Under the pieces are notes generated by a model, which did not search any database, was not told where the DNA came from, and was given only the letters and a program-made list of their open reading frames with translations. The position numbers and the translations under genes were made by a program. A stretch of 64,000 nucleotides of DNA from Mobula hypostoma (taxonomy: Eukaryota): the NCBI RefSeq assembly GCF_963921235.1, contig NC_086108.1:11966001-12030000 (forward strand). Reading direction: 5' to 3'. Positions 35,301 through 47,612 of this stretch are shown one piece after another (within the stretch, counting starts at the first letter, position 1; every line of letters begins with the position of its first letter).

Positions 35301-36950
35301 GAGAGCTGGAATTTGTTCACTAGGTTACTCTGAGCTGGAATTTGATGGAGAGGTTTCAGTGAGAGCTGGATTTGTATAGGGAGGTTCCTGTGAGGGCTAG
35401 AGCTGGATGGGAAGGTTTCTCTGAGAAGTGAAGTTGGATGGAGAAGTTTCTCCAAGTGCTTGATTTAGATGGAAAGTTTGCTCTGAGAGCTGGAATTGGA
35501 CGCAAAGTTTTTTTTTTCTGAGATCTGGAATTGGATGGAAAGGTTTCTCTGAGAGCTGGACTTAGATGGAAAAGTTTCTTTGAGAGCTAGACTTGCTCTT
35601 AGAGGTGAAATTGGATCAAATATTTTCTTTGAGAGCTGGAATTGAATTTATATGTTTCCCTGAGAGATGCAATTGAATGGAGCGGTTTCTCTCAGAGATG
35701 GAATTGGATTAAGAGGTCTCTCTGATAGACGGAATTTAATAGAGATTTAATAGAGATGATAATTGGATGGAAAAGTTACTCCGAGAGCTGGATTTGGATG
35801 GAAAAATTCCTCTAAAAGCTGGAATTTGCTGGAGAGGTTTCACTGAGAGATGAATTGGGTGGAGAGGTTTCTCTGAGAGCTGGATTTGGATGAAGAAGTT
35901 TCTTTGAGAGCTGAAATCAGATGGAAAGGTCCCCCTGAGTGCTGGAAATTGGACTGATTACTCTGAGAGTTTTTTTTTTCTCTCCAATCTTACCAAAGGA
36001 TTTCAGCCCAATACATTGACTGCACTTATTTCCATAGATGCTGCCTGGCCTGCTGAGTTCCTCCAGCATGTTACGTGTGTTGCTCAGATTTCCTGGATCT
36101 GCAGGTTTTCTCTTGTTTGTGACTCTGAGAGCTGTAATTGGATGGAAGATTTCTCTGAAAACTGGAATTGGATGGAAAGGTCTGAGAGCAGGATTTGGAT
36201 TAAGAGAGCTGGATTTGAATGGAAATGTTTCTCAAAGAGCTGGAATTGAATTGAGACTTTTCCATGTGAGTTGGAATTGGATGCAGAGTGTTCCCTGTGT
36301 TCCCTGAGAGCTGAAATTGGTTGGAAAGGTCTCTCTTATAGCTGAAATTGGATGGAGAAATTTTCCTGAGAGCTGAAGTTGGATGGAAATTGGATTGAGA
36401 GCTAGAATTGGATGGAGTGGTCTCTGAGAACAGGAAGTAGATTGTGAGGTTTCTCTTCAAACTGGAATTGGATGGAGAATTTAATCTGACAGCAGGAATG
36501 GGATTGAGATGATTCTCTAAGAGTAGGAATTGGATTGAGAGGTTCCTCTGAGAGCTGGAAGGTGAATGGAGTAGACTGTCTGTGAGCTAGAATTCGCTAG
36601 AGAGGTTCTCTGAGATCTAAGATTGGATGCAGAACTTTCTTTGAGAGCAGGAAGTGGATTGTGAGGTTTCTCGCTGAACTGGAATTGGAAGGAGAGGGTA
36701 TCTGAGATCAGAAATTGGATTGATTGGTTTCTCTGAGAGCTGGATTGGTTTTTCTGTGAGATGGAAATGGATGGAGAGGTTTTTTCCTAAAATTGTTTTG
36801 GATTGACAGTTTTATCTGAGAGCTGGAATTAGTTGTTGAGGTCTCTCTGAGAGCTGGAAATCTATGGAGGAGTTTCTCTGAGATCTGTAATTGCATGGAG
36901 AGGTTTCTCTGTGAGAGGCAATTGGATAGAGATAATTTTCTGTGAGTTGG
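32350..36950. repeat. Satellite array, 31-bp unit GAGAGGTTTCTCTGAGAGCTGGAATTGGATG (~140 diverged copies)
   Basis: GGAA at 32607, 32638 and 32669 gives a period of 31. Interrupted by a Penelope-derived insert at ~35970-36121. Confidence 0.95.
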
Positions 36951-37309
36951 CAAATACTCAAAGTGGTGAGTCATTATATAGGAACCACAATGCAATATGA
37001 AATTTTGACACGTGCTATTTGGTAGCAGACTTGATGGGTTGAATGGCCTTGGTGTGTTCCTATATCTTACGGTCGTAGTTTAGGTTTATAACCATGCACT
37101 GAAGTCAGATATTTCTAACTGAGACATTGAGACTGCTTGTTCGGCACCTGAGAATTTATCTCTCTGTTCAAGCAGCTAACTCTTCTCACAATCCAAACAG
37201 CCCTGAAAACTCACCTGTTCTGCTGGGGATACCAGTCTCCAATCACCTCCAGCACAGGGGAAGGGTCGGTGATGGGACCTACAAATCCTAAATGCCAGAC
37301 TTATTTTAC

Positions 37310-38272
37310 CCACACAGATACTGGTGTCAACCCAAACACTGGCACAGAGAGACTGGTTACCCACCCAGACACTGACAGAGGGAGACAAATAGAGACTGGT
37401 GACCATGCAGTTACTGACACACAGATACTGGTGACCCACCCAGACACTGACACACAGAGACTGGTTACCCACCCAGTCAGACACACAGAGATACTGGTAC
37501 AAACCCAGACACTGACGCATAGAGACTGGTTACCAACATAGACACTGACACAGAGAGACTGGTTACCAACACAGTCACAGACACACAGACACTGGTAAAA
37601 ACCTAGTCAGTGATACACAGAAACTGGTGACCGACCCAGACACCGACACAGAGATACTGGTACCAGCATAGACACTGACACACAGAGACTGGTACAAACC
37701 CAGACACTGACACACAGAGACTGGTGACTCATGCAGTTACTGACACACAGAGACTGTTGACCCACCCAGGTACTGACACACAGAGACTAGTACCAATCCA
37801 GACACTGACAGAGGGAGACTGGTGACCCCCACAGACACTGACACACAGTGACTGGTGACCCACCCAGACACTGACACACAGAGACTGGTATAAACCCAGA
37901 TACTGACACACAGTGACTGGTGACCAACACAGACACTGACACACAGAGATACTGGTACCAACATAGACACTGACACACAGAGACTGGTACAAACCCAGAC
38001 ACTGACACAGAAAGACTGGTACAAACCCAGACACTGACACACAGAGACTGGTGACCCACCCAGACACTGGCACAGAGAGACTGGTGCAAACCCAGACACT
38101 GACAGAGGGAGACTGGTACCAACATAGACACTTACACACAGAGACTGGTGACCCACACAGACACTGACACACAGAGACTGGTACAAACCCAGGCACAGAC
38201 ACAGAGAGACTGGTGACCCACCCAGACACTGACACATAGAGACTAGTACAAACCCAGACACTGATGCACAGA
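37310..38272. repeat. Satellite array, ~32-bp unit ACACAGAGACTGGT(ACAAAC/GACCCAC)CCAGACACTGAC (~30 copies)
   Basis: GACTGGT at 37687 and 37719; strong AC strand bias. Confidence 0.95.
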
Positions 38273-39189
38273 GGCTGAGTGGATCACTCTGAGGTGGATC
38301 ACACTGAGTTGGAGTTAGATCCACCTATGCCATGCTTGTGATCTAGTTGAATGCTCCTCTCAGAGTCACAGGTGCCTCCTCTGTGGAGTTTCACTCCTTG
38401 TGTAGTAAGACACATTCTTAACTGTCTCTTTCATCAGGTTTCTTGCCAAGTATTTTGCAGTCCCCATTTCTGCCAAGCCATCTGCTCCTTTCAACATTGT
38501 ACAAGTCATGATCAGCTCTTTGCTGTAGTAGAGGGAAGCCAGCACCACCTCTGGGATACATCACCCCCAAACTCCTCCAATCCATGTAAGGGTACATTTA
38601 CCCCACCACATCATTTCCTTTGTTTTGTATTTGTAGTTTATTGTCTTCTGCACTTTGGTTGGACACCTGAGTTGGATGGTCTTTCATTGATTCTGCTATG
38701 GTTATTATTCTATAGATTTACTGAGTATGCCCAATAGAACTTTTGGGTCTGCCTCTCAAAAATCTCCTTCATTACCAACTGCATCTTTATCAAAATGGTT
38801 CATCATGTGTTTACTTGGTTTCTTTCTCAGTGGTCACGAATTAATTCTTCAATTATTCATTGTAATAATTCAATCACAATGGAGAGAAGGTCAGAAGTTT
38901 GTTGTATTGCATTGGTTAAACCACTACCGACTTTGGGTCCATTAAGCTTGACCTTGTCCACCATTATTGACCTCCTACCAATGTCGTCTTTGAGGAGCAA
39001 GGCCGAAGAATCTCTGAGGTACTCTTCCCTGGAAATTGGAGAGAATGGATCTTGAAGGAGTTTGAGAAGTCAGATACAATTTAAAGGATGCAAAAGATAC
39101 TAGCTATGGGAACTAGCAGAGAAAGGAGATGAAGCCTATGCAGATTAGTCCGATTGAATTCATTGGTGGGGAGGGTTGGGACCAAATAT

Positions 39190-39770
39190 CCATAACATAT
39201 AGGAGCAGAATTATGCCATTTGGCCAGTCGACTCTACTCCACCATTTCATCATGGCTGATCTATTTTTCCTCTCAGCACCAATCTCCTGCCTTCTCCCTG
39301 TAACAAATCATGCCCTGAATAACCTAGAATCTATCATACTCAGTCTTAAATATACCCAATGACCTGGCCTCAACATCTGCCCTTAGCAATGAATTCCACA
39401 GATTTGGCACTCTCTGGCTAAAGAAATTCCTCCTCATCTCTACTTAAATGGACATCCCTCTATTCTGAGGCTGTATTCCACCTTAGGAAACATCCTTTCC
39501 ACATCCACTATACCAAGGCCTTTCAACATTCAATAGGTTTCAATGAGATTCCCCCACATTCTTCTGAATTTCAGTGAGTACTAGCTCAGAGCCATCACAT
39601 ACTCTTCATATGACAAGCCTTTCAATCCCAGAGTCATCTTTGTGAACCCCCTTTTACCTTTTCCAATGTCAGTACATCCTTTCTTCAATAACTGCTTGCA
39701 ATACTCCAAATGAGGCCTCACCAATGCCTTGTACAGCCTCACCATTTCATCCTTGCATTTATATTCTAGT
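39190..39770 (-). mobile_element. CR1 3' fragment
   Basis: Same family as 29135-29780 and 31285-31620. Confidence 0.8.
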
Positions 39771-40579
39771 TAAATATAAAAGGGGTGAGTGATCTTGTTT
39801 TTTTGTATTCTGAAGTCATCTCTAGCCACCAGCCAAGCCACACCTCCTGATTAATCTTTCACTGAGTGATGGCCTCTATCTGATGCCTCACTTTTGTGTG
39901 AGTGCTGTCCTTTATTGCTGTCTATTCCTTTCAAGTAGTATATTCATGTGCAATCAGCCATTGGTTTCACAAATGCAGGTGGTCCCAGTCAGATGGGAAA
40001 TGATGCCCTGTTACTCCCCCTGCTCCCACTCGAGACCGACTGCATAGAGCACCAGGCAAAGGTAGACAGCCCGGTGTTTGTTCAATTCTGCAGCACAAGA
40101 AATTACTGAGGGGAATCAGAAAATCTCAGTTTTGACTTAAGGTCACAATAGTATGAATCATTCTCATCATAATAACTCCAAACAGCTGGTCCATTCATTA
40201 CACACCCAGGAACTACTATGAAAATAATCCTGCATGGAAATTTGTCCTTGCAAAATCAAACTGGGAGATAAATTGGAAAGAGAAGACATTGAAGGGATTA
40301 AAGGTGATCACTTCCTCTATATCTATTTAATGATGCTTGCTTTGCACCCTCACGCACACAGCAGTCACATCGAGGAGCTGTTACAACCTCCTGAACATAC
40401 TGCATTATTTTGCAGGCACTTAGGAAATTAACTCCCATCATTTCTTCATGCACAAATGAATTCTCTTTTCTAACATTAAAAATCCCTTGACCCTGCTCCC
40501 ACATGTTCCTCACTCACTCCAGAATGATATCGAGTGTCTGTGATATTACCCTTGCATTGTAACATGGGACAGGCAGTTC

Positions 40580-42975
40580 TGAGTGTGGTTCACTTTAGTG
40601 TGATAAATCTCAGTGTTAGCCATCTCAGTGTGATCCACATCTGTGTGATCCAACTCGGTGTGATCCATCTCGGTGTGATCCATCTCGGTGTGATCCACCT
40701 CAATGTGATCCACCTCTGTGTGGTCCACCTCAGTGTGATCCATCTCAGTGTGATCCACATCTGTGTGATCCAACTCAGTGTGATCCATCTTGGTGTGATC
40801 CATCACAGTGTGATCCACATCTGTGTGAATCATCTCAGTGTGATCCAGTTCAGTGTGATCCAACTCGGTGTGATCCATCACAGTGTGATCCATCTCGGTG
40901 TGATCCACATCTGTGTGAACCATCTCAGTGTGATCTACCTCAGTGTGATCCAGTTCAGTATGATCCAACTCGGTGTGATCTATCTCAGAGTGATCCACCT
41001 CTGTATGATCCACACTGCTTGATCCACCTCATTGTGATCTATGACAGTGTGATCCATCTCGAAGTTATACATCTCAGTGTGATCCACCTCTGTGTGATCC
41101 AACACAGTGTAACCCACATCAGTGTGATCCAACTCAGTGTGATCTGCTTCAGTATGGTCCATCTCAGTGTGATCCATCTCGGTGTGATCCATCACAGTGT
41201 GATCCACATCTGTGTGACCCATCTCAGTGTGATCCAGTTCAGTGTGATCCATCACAGTGTGATCCATCTTGGTGTGATCCACATCTGTGTGAACCATCTC
41301 AGTGTGATCTATCTCAGTGTGATCCAGTTCAGTATGATCCAACTCGGTGTGATCTATCTCAGAGTGATCCACCTCTGTATGATCCACACTGCTTGATCCA
41401 CCTCATTGTGATCTATGACAGTGTGATCCATCTCGAAGTTATACATCTCAGTGTGATCCACCTCTGTGTGATCCAACACAGTGTAACCCACATCAGTGTG
41501 ATCCAACTCAGTGTGATCTGCTTCAGTATGGTCCATCTCAGTGTGATAAATATCAGGGTGATCCACCTCAGCATGATCCAAACCAGTGTGATCCAACTCA
41601 GTATGTTCCCTCACGATGTGATCCACCTCAGTGTGACCTGTCTCAGCATGATCCATCTTTGTATGATCTGCTTCAGTGTGATCGACCACTGTATGATCCA
41701 CTACAGTGTGATCGAACATCGTGTGAAAAATATCAGTGTCATCCAACTCAATTTGATCCACAATCTGATCCACCTCAGTGTGATCCATACAAGAGTGATC
41801 CACCTCAGTGTGATCCATCTCAGTGGGATCCAATGTAGTGTGATCCACCCCTGTATGATAAATATCAGTGTGATCTATCTCAGTGTGATCCATCAAAGTT
41901 TCATCCATCACCTGTGTGATCCACCTCAGTGTGATCCATAAGAGTGTGATCCACCTCAGTGTGATCCATGAAAGAGTGACCCATTGCAGTGGGATCCAAC
42001 TTAGTGTGAACTTCCCCTGTATGATAAATATCAGTGTGATCCACCTCAGTGTGATCCATCTCAGTGTGTTCCATTTCAGTGTGATCCACCTCAGTGTGAT
42101 GCACCTCAGTGTGATCCACTTCAGTGTGATCCATCTCAGTGTGATCCACCTCAGTGTGATCCATCACAGTGTGATCCATCATAGTTTCATCCATCACTGT
42201 GTGATCCACCTCAGTGAGATCCATCATAGTGTGATCCACCACAGCGTGATCCATAGGAGTGTGATCCACCTCAGTGTGATCCATGCAAGAGTGATCCACC
42301 TCAGTGTGATCCACCGCAGTGGGATCCAACTTAGTGTGAACCGCCCCGTATGATAAATATCAGCATGATCCACCTTAGTGTGATCCATCTCAGCGTGATC
42401 CATCTCAGTGTGATCCACCTCAGTGTGATCCAACTCAGTGATCCACCTCAGTGTGATGCACCTCAGTGTGATCCACCTCAGTGTGATGCACCTCAGTGTG
42501 ATCCATCTCAGTGAGATCCATCAGTGTGATCCATCACAGTGTGATCCATCTCAGTGTGATCCACCTCATTGTGATCCACCTCATTGTGATCCACCTCAGT
42601 GTGATCTATCACAGTGTGATCCATCTCAGTGAGATCCATCACAATATGATCCGTCTCAGGTGATCTACATCAGTGTGATTCACCACAGTGTAGTCCATCA
42701 CAGTGTGATCCATCTCAGTGTGATCCACCTCAGTGTGATCCATCTCAGTGTGATCCATCTCAGTATGATCCACCAGTGTGATGCACCTCAGTGTGATCCA
42801 CCTCAGTGTGATGCACCTCAGTGTGATCCATCTCAGTGAGATCCATCAGTGTGATCTACCTCAGAGTTATCCATCTCAGTGTGATTCAACTCAGTGTGAT
42901 AAATATCAGTGTGATCTATCTCAGTGTTATTCAACTCAGTGAGATCCACCATTATGTTATCCACACTGCTTGATC
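40580..42975. repeat. Minisatellite, 15-bp unit GTGTGATCCA(C/T)CTCA (~155 copies)
   Basis: Direct 15-bp periodicity, which generates the (DHTEV)n and (VIHLS)n ORFs. Confidence 0.97.
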
Positions 42976-43494
42976 ACCCTAGTGGACCACCCGCCAGCAG
43001 ACAAGTTCTTTTAATCATTTTGTTCAATGAAAATACAAATTTATTTCTCCAATAAAATCTATGCTGTGTTGTGGGAAATAAAATAATGTTTTTTTCCCCA
43101 TGATTTTATTGCTTCAGGTGGGTTTAAGCACATATTTTCCATTTGTTGCCAATGCTGAGCAGGCAGCATCTATCTTTATACTCCTTCCTTTCCTTCCACC
43201 TTTTTACTCTGTCTTCTGCCTTCTTCCTTTCCTGTCCTGATGATGGATCATGGCCCAAAACACTATCACCTCCAGAGATGCTGCCTGACTTGATAAGTAC
43301 TTCCAACAGTGTGTGTTTCTGAACCAAGAAGCACAGGCCTTGAGAGGGTACATGCATCATCATCAATAGTTCAATAGTTCCATTTAATATCAAAGAATGT
43401 ATTCACAATAAAACCTGAAATTCTTACTCTTCACAGACAATCAAAGAACAGAAGAAAAAACCCAAAGACTGAATGACAAGAAAACATTAGAATC

Positions 43495-43730
43495 ATCACT
43501 GTGTGCTGTGTCATGTTGTGGGTGATCATAGTCCAAGAACCATGATCGTTCTTGGCAAATTTTTCTACAGAAGTCATTTGTGTTGCCTTCTTCTGGGCAA
43601 TGTCTTTACAAGGCGGGTGATCCCAACCATTATCAAAACTTTTCAGAGATTGCCTGCCTAGAATCAGTGGTTGCATAACCAGGACTTGAGATATGAACCA
43701 GCTGCTCGTACGACCATCCACCACATGGAC
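43495..43730 (-). mobile_element. SINE-like element of the same family as 1-308
   Basis: Reverse-complement similarity to 90-300. Confidence 0.65.
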
Positions 43731-44984
43731 GGATGCAGCAGTGGTAAAAAATAAAGACATACTCCTTCCTTTCTGTCAAAATCAAAACTAACCTATTGCT
43801 AGGTGCACTCATTGCTTCTCAAACCAGGACCTGTGCTAGAGAAATTGGCAATTAGTTTCTCCTCACCAGTTCTTGAATTGGCATAGAGGTGAAGACACGT
43901 TGAAGTTTTTAGAAAGGCAGAAATATCTTGGATACTTTGCAGTCAGCACATTTGGCACACTAATGTGTGCATTTCCTCAGACAATGAGAGTTAAGTAGTA
44001 TCATTCAGAGCAGAGCTCTGGACATTTGGGGTGCATGTGAGGAACAAAACCACAGCCAAGGACTTTGGAATGAAGTATCTCCTTACTGAAGGGCAACAGT
44101 TAGGAAATGAGCCCAAGCCACAAGGAAATGGAAGTTGGAGCCCAGTCTTCGCACACAGACACCGCTAACTGGTGGGTTATCAGCCTATCTGGATGGCCAA
44201 TCTGTTCAGTTCCAATTGCTCACACAGATTGAATGAAGAGACAGCCACTGCTGTGATTTTAACAAAACATGAAATTATTTCTCTATCATCAATTTCTTTG
44301 ACTTTCTAGCAACAGGCAGGAGACATAAAAACAAGAATCATGCATAAAAAAAAAGAACAGTCAGGATAGGAAACTGTTTCTTCCCTTAGGCCATTAGGCT
44401 TCTGAACCTCCTGCCATATTGCATTCAAAGTATCACTGGTTACTTTGCTCTGTACCTGGCAATATTTAATTTATTCACTTTACTTAATTTATTTATGTGC
44501 AACCCATTTGTGGTTTTTATCCTTACAAGTTACATATAAGTTATTGTATGTTATATATCCTACGGTGCTTTACACCCAGGTTCAGAGAAACATTGTCTCA
44601 TTTGATGCTATACATGTATGAAGTTAAATGACAATAAATTTGACTTGACTTGACTTGACTATCAAGGTGGCCTTGTAACCCCAAGGAGGCCATGGTTTCT
44701 GCTGACCAAAGAACCAGACGTTATCTCATTACATTTCACCAAATCTCCATTCTACCTTCTTGCAAAATGAAATAACCCAGCAACAGGGATTCAGATTTCA
44801 ACCATAGCTACTTTACATTCCAAACAAATTGGATAACAACCATACTTGTCTGAACTAGAAAGAAATAGTGCAGGTTCATTTAGCTGACAGACACCAAGTG
44901 TGAGATGGTGTTGTTCATGGTTCGGCTTCGTTGGCTGATGGATAGTGTGACGGACTTGTTAATGTCAGAAGATGTCAGTGGATG

Positions 44985-45380
44985 GAGTGAACGCAACACT
45001 TATCCTGCCCTTGGAGGATTGGTCGCAATGTTGAAGAAAGGATGTGCTGGCTTTGGAGAGGGGCCCGATAATAATCCTGGTAATGAATAGGTTAACATGT
45101 TAGGAGCGTTTGATAGGTCTGAGCTTGTACTCACTGGAGTTCAAAAGAATTGGGGGGGGGTCTCATTAAAACTTAGCAATTATTAAAAGGCCTAAATAGT
45201 CTGGAAGTGGAGAAGATATTTCCCATAGCGGGGAGTCTAGAACCAGTAGGTACAATCTCAGAATATATCATTCTTTAGAACAATGATAAGGGAGAATTTA
45301 TTTTAGTCACAGGGTAATGGATATGTGGAATGCAGTGCCAAAGATGGCTGTGGGGGCAAAGCAATTGGGTATTTTGGCAG
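44985..45380 (+). mobile_element. Decayed CR1 3' fragment
   Basis: LSLYSLEFKRI motif and a degenerate QRVVNLWN-like block. Confidence 0.6.
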
Positions 45381-46039
45381 AGTAGCCTGTGTCTCTTCCT
45401 GCAGAAGGTACAATGATTGGTCCTTCTGGTAACCTTTATTCAAACCTAGTAAGCTCTTTTCATTGTCCTATCATCCATTACCCAAACACTTCAACATCAC
45501 CCACACCTCTTAATAATCAGAAAGGATACAAATGAAAAATATACAATCAAGCCATTCAATGGTGGTAATATTTTAAAGAGTTCAATCTATTCATATTAAT
45601 TCAGCTAATAAGAATATTGTGAGACTGGGCCAAAAAAACCAGCAAAGAAACTTATCCTTACATTTTTGCCTTTTCCTGGACTTATAGGGAACACTGTCCA
45701 AAGAAAACAATGTCTACAGACTGTTAGTCAAATGTGAAACGTCTACAGACTGTCAGTCCACCATGAAACGTCTACCGACTATCAGTCCAACATGAAATGT
45801 CTACAGACTATCAGTCCATCATGAAATTTCTACACACTGTCAGTCCATCATGAAATGTGTACAGACTGTCAGTTCAGCACGAATTGTCTACAGACTGTCA
45901 GGCCAACATGAAATGTGTACTGACTGTCAGTTCAATATGAAATGTCTACAGACTGCCAGTTCAATGTAAAATACCTACAGGCTGCCAGCCCAGTATGAAA
46001 ATCTGCAGACTGTTAGTCCAGCATGAAATATCCAGAAGT

Positions 46040-46530
46040 GATTTCTGCTGAGATGGCAGCAAGTGTTGATGCAGCATTCTCTTGGGGTCAAACAACTGTG
46101 CTTTTTCTTTGTTAAGCATGTTAATTTTGTCATAAATCTCTACAACACTCCAGTAACTGCGGGTACAGCAGGTCTACAGCTTCAGTGAGCTGCTGGCTGT
46201 GCAGAGTAGTCGGCCATTGGTTCAGTGAGGGGGAGCGCAGCCATTGGGCCACAGGAAGAAAGTTGATGCATGATCACGAGAACAGAGTCAGGCCAGCAGG
46301 CCATGGGGGCACAGCTGGGCTGCTGGTCTGCAGGAGCAGAGATGGGTCACCAGGCCGTGAGAGCAGAGGTGGGTGCCTGGACACAAGAGGAGCAAGTTTT
46401 GGTTCGGAACTACTGATCTGGGTGCAGACCATGCCGCTACCTGATACTCGAAGGCGCTGGAGTTGGTGTGCAAGATATTTTGCAGTGAAACTGTGAATAA
46501 TTAAACTTCATTTGATTTGATTCATTTTGA
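46040..46530 (+). mobile_element. Probable non-autonomous LINE-derived insertion within the 29-bp array
   Basis: Non-satellite GC-richer block ending AATTAAACTTCATTTGATTTGA, a tail like the Rex/Babar-type ends elsewhere in the window. Confidence 0.45.
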
Positions 46531-46984
46531 TGAAATGCCTACAGATTGCCAGTTCAAAATGAACTATCTGCAGGCTGCAAGCCCAACATAAGATGTCTAC
46601 AAACTGCTAGTCCAACATGAAATTTCTACAACTGCAATTCGAACTTGAAATGTTTACAGTCTGCTGTGTCTGCATGGAAAGTACTCAGACAATCAGTCTG
46701 CCAGACCAAAGTGAAATGTTTACAAAATTTCAGTCTGACATGGAATGTCTATAGACTGTCAGTCCACATGAAGTGTCTACAGACTGTCAGTCTGACATGA
46801 AACAGTTAGAGAGTGCCAGTTCAACTTCCAATGTCAACAGACTGCTAGTTCAACATAAAATGTCTACAGGCATCCAATCCAATATTAAATATCTGCAGAC
46901 AGCCACTCCAACATGAAACATCTTCAGACTGCCAGAAGCAAGTAAAATGTCAACAGACTGTTAATACAACATGAAATGTCCACA

Positions 46985-47078
46985 CGAGGAAATCTGCAGA
47001 TGCTGGAATTTCAAGCAACACACATAAAAGTTGCTGGTGAACGCAGCAGGTCAGGCAGCATCTCTAGGAAGAGGTACA
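46985..47078 (-). mobile_element. Penelope-derived tail segment with a 7-bp TSD
   Basis: GTCCACA at 46978-46984 and 47079-47085; antisense GATGCTGCCTGACCTGCTG. Confidence 0.75.
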
Positions 47079-47612
47079 GTCCACAGACTGCCAGTCCAAT
47101 ATGAAATGTCTATAGGCAGTTGGGTCCACCATGAAATATCTATGGACTGTCACTCCAACTTGAACTGTTTACAGACTGACAGACCTGAAATGTCTACATA
47201 CAACTAGTTGAAAATAAAATGTTTACAGACTGTTAGTCCAAAATGAAATATCTGCTGATATTAAGTCCAACATAAAATGTCTACAGACATTCAATCCAAT
47301 ATCAAATGTCTACAAACTGCTTATCCGACGCGTATTTTCTACAAAATCCTAGTCCAACTTGAAATGACCACAGACTGCCGTGTCCTGCATGAAATGTTTA
47401 CAGACTATCAGTCTGTCAGTCTAATATGGAATATTGGCGTACATTCTGCAGACTGTTAGTCTAATGTGCAATGCCTCCTGACAGCCACTCCAACAGCAAA
47501 TGTCTTTGCATGGCAAGCCCAGTATGAAACTTCTACTAGCTGCTAATGCAACATGAAATGTCTTCAGACTTTCAGCTCAACATGAAATATCTACAAGCTC
47601 TCAGTCCAACAG

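Noticed and set aside
32169..36995. Many short QLSEK/ALRET-type ORFs
   Set aside because: They are translations of the 31-bp satellite and cycle through frames.
37176..38324. Cys/Val/Ser-rich ORFs up to 195 aa
   Set aside because: All three minus-strand frames are open because of the TG-rich satellite; this is a repeat translation artefact.
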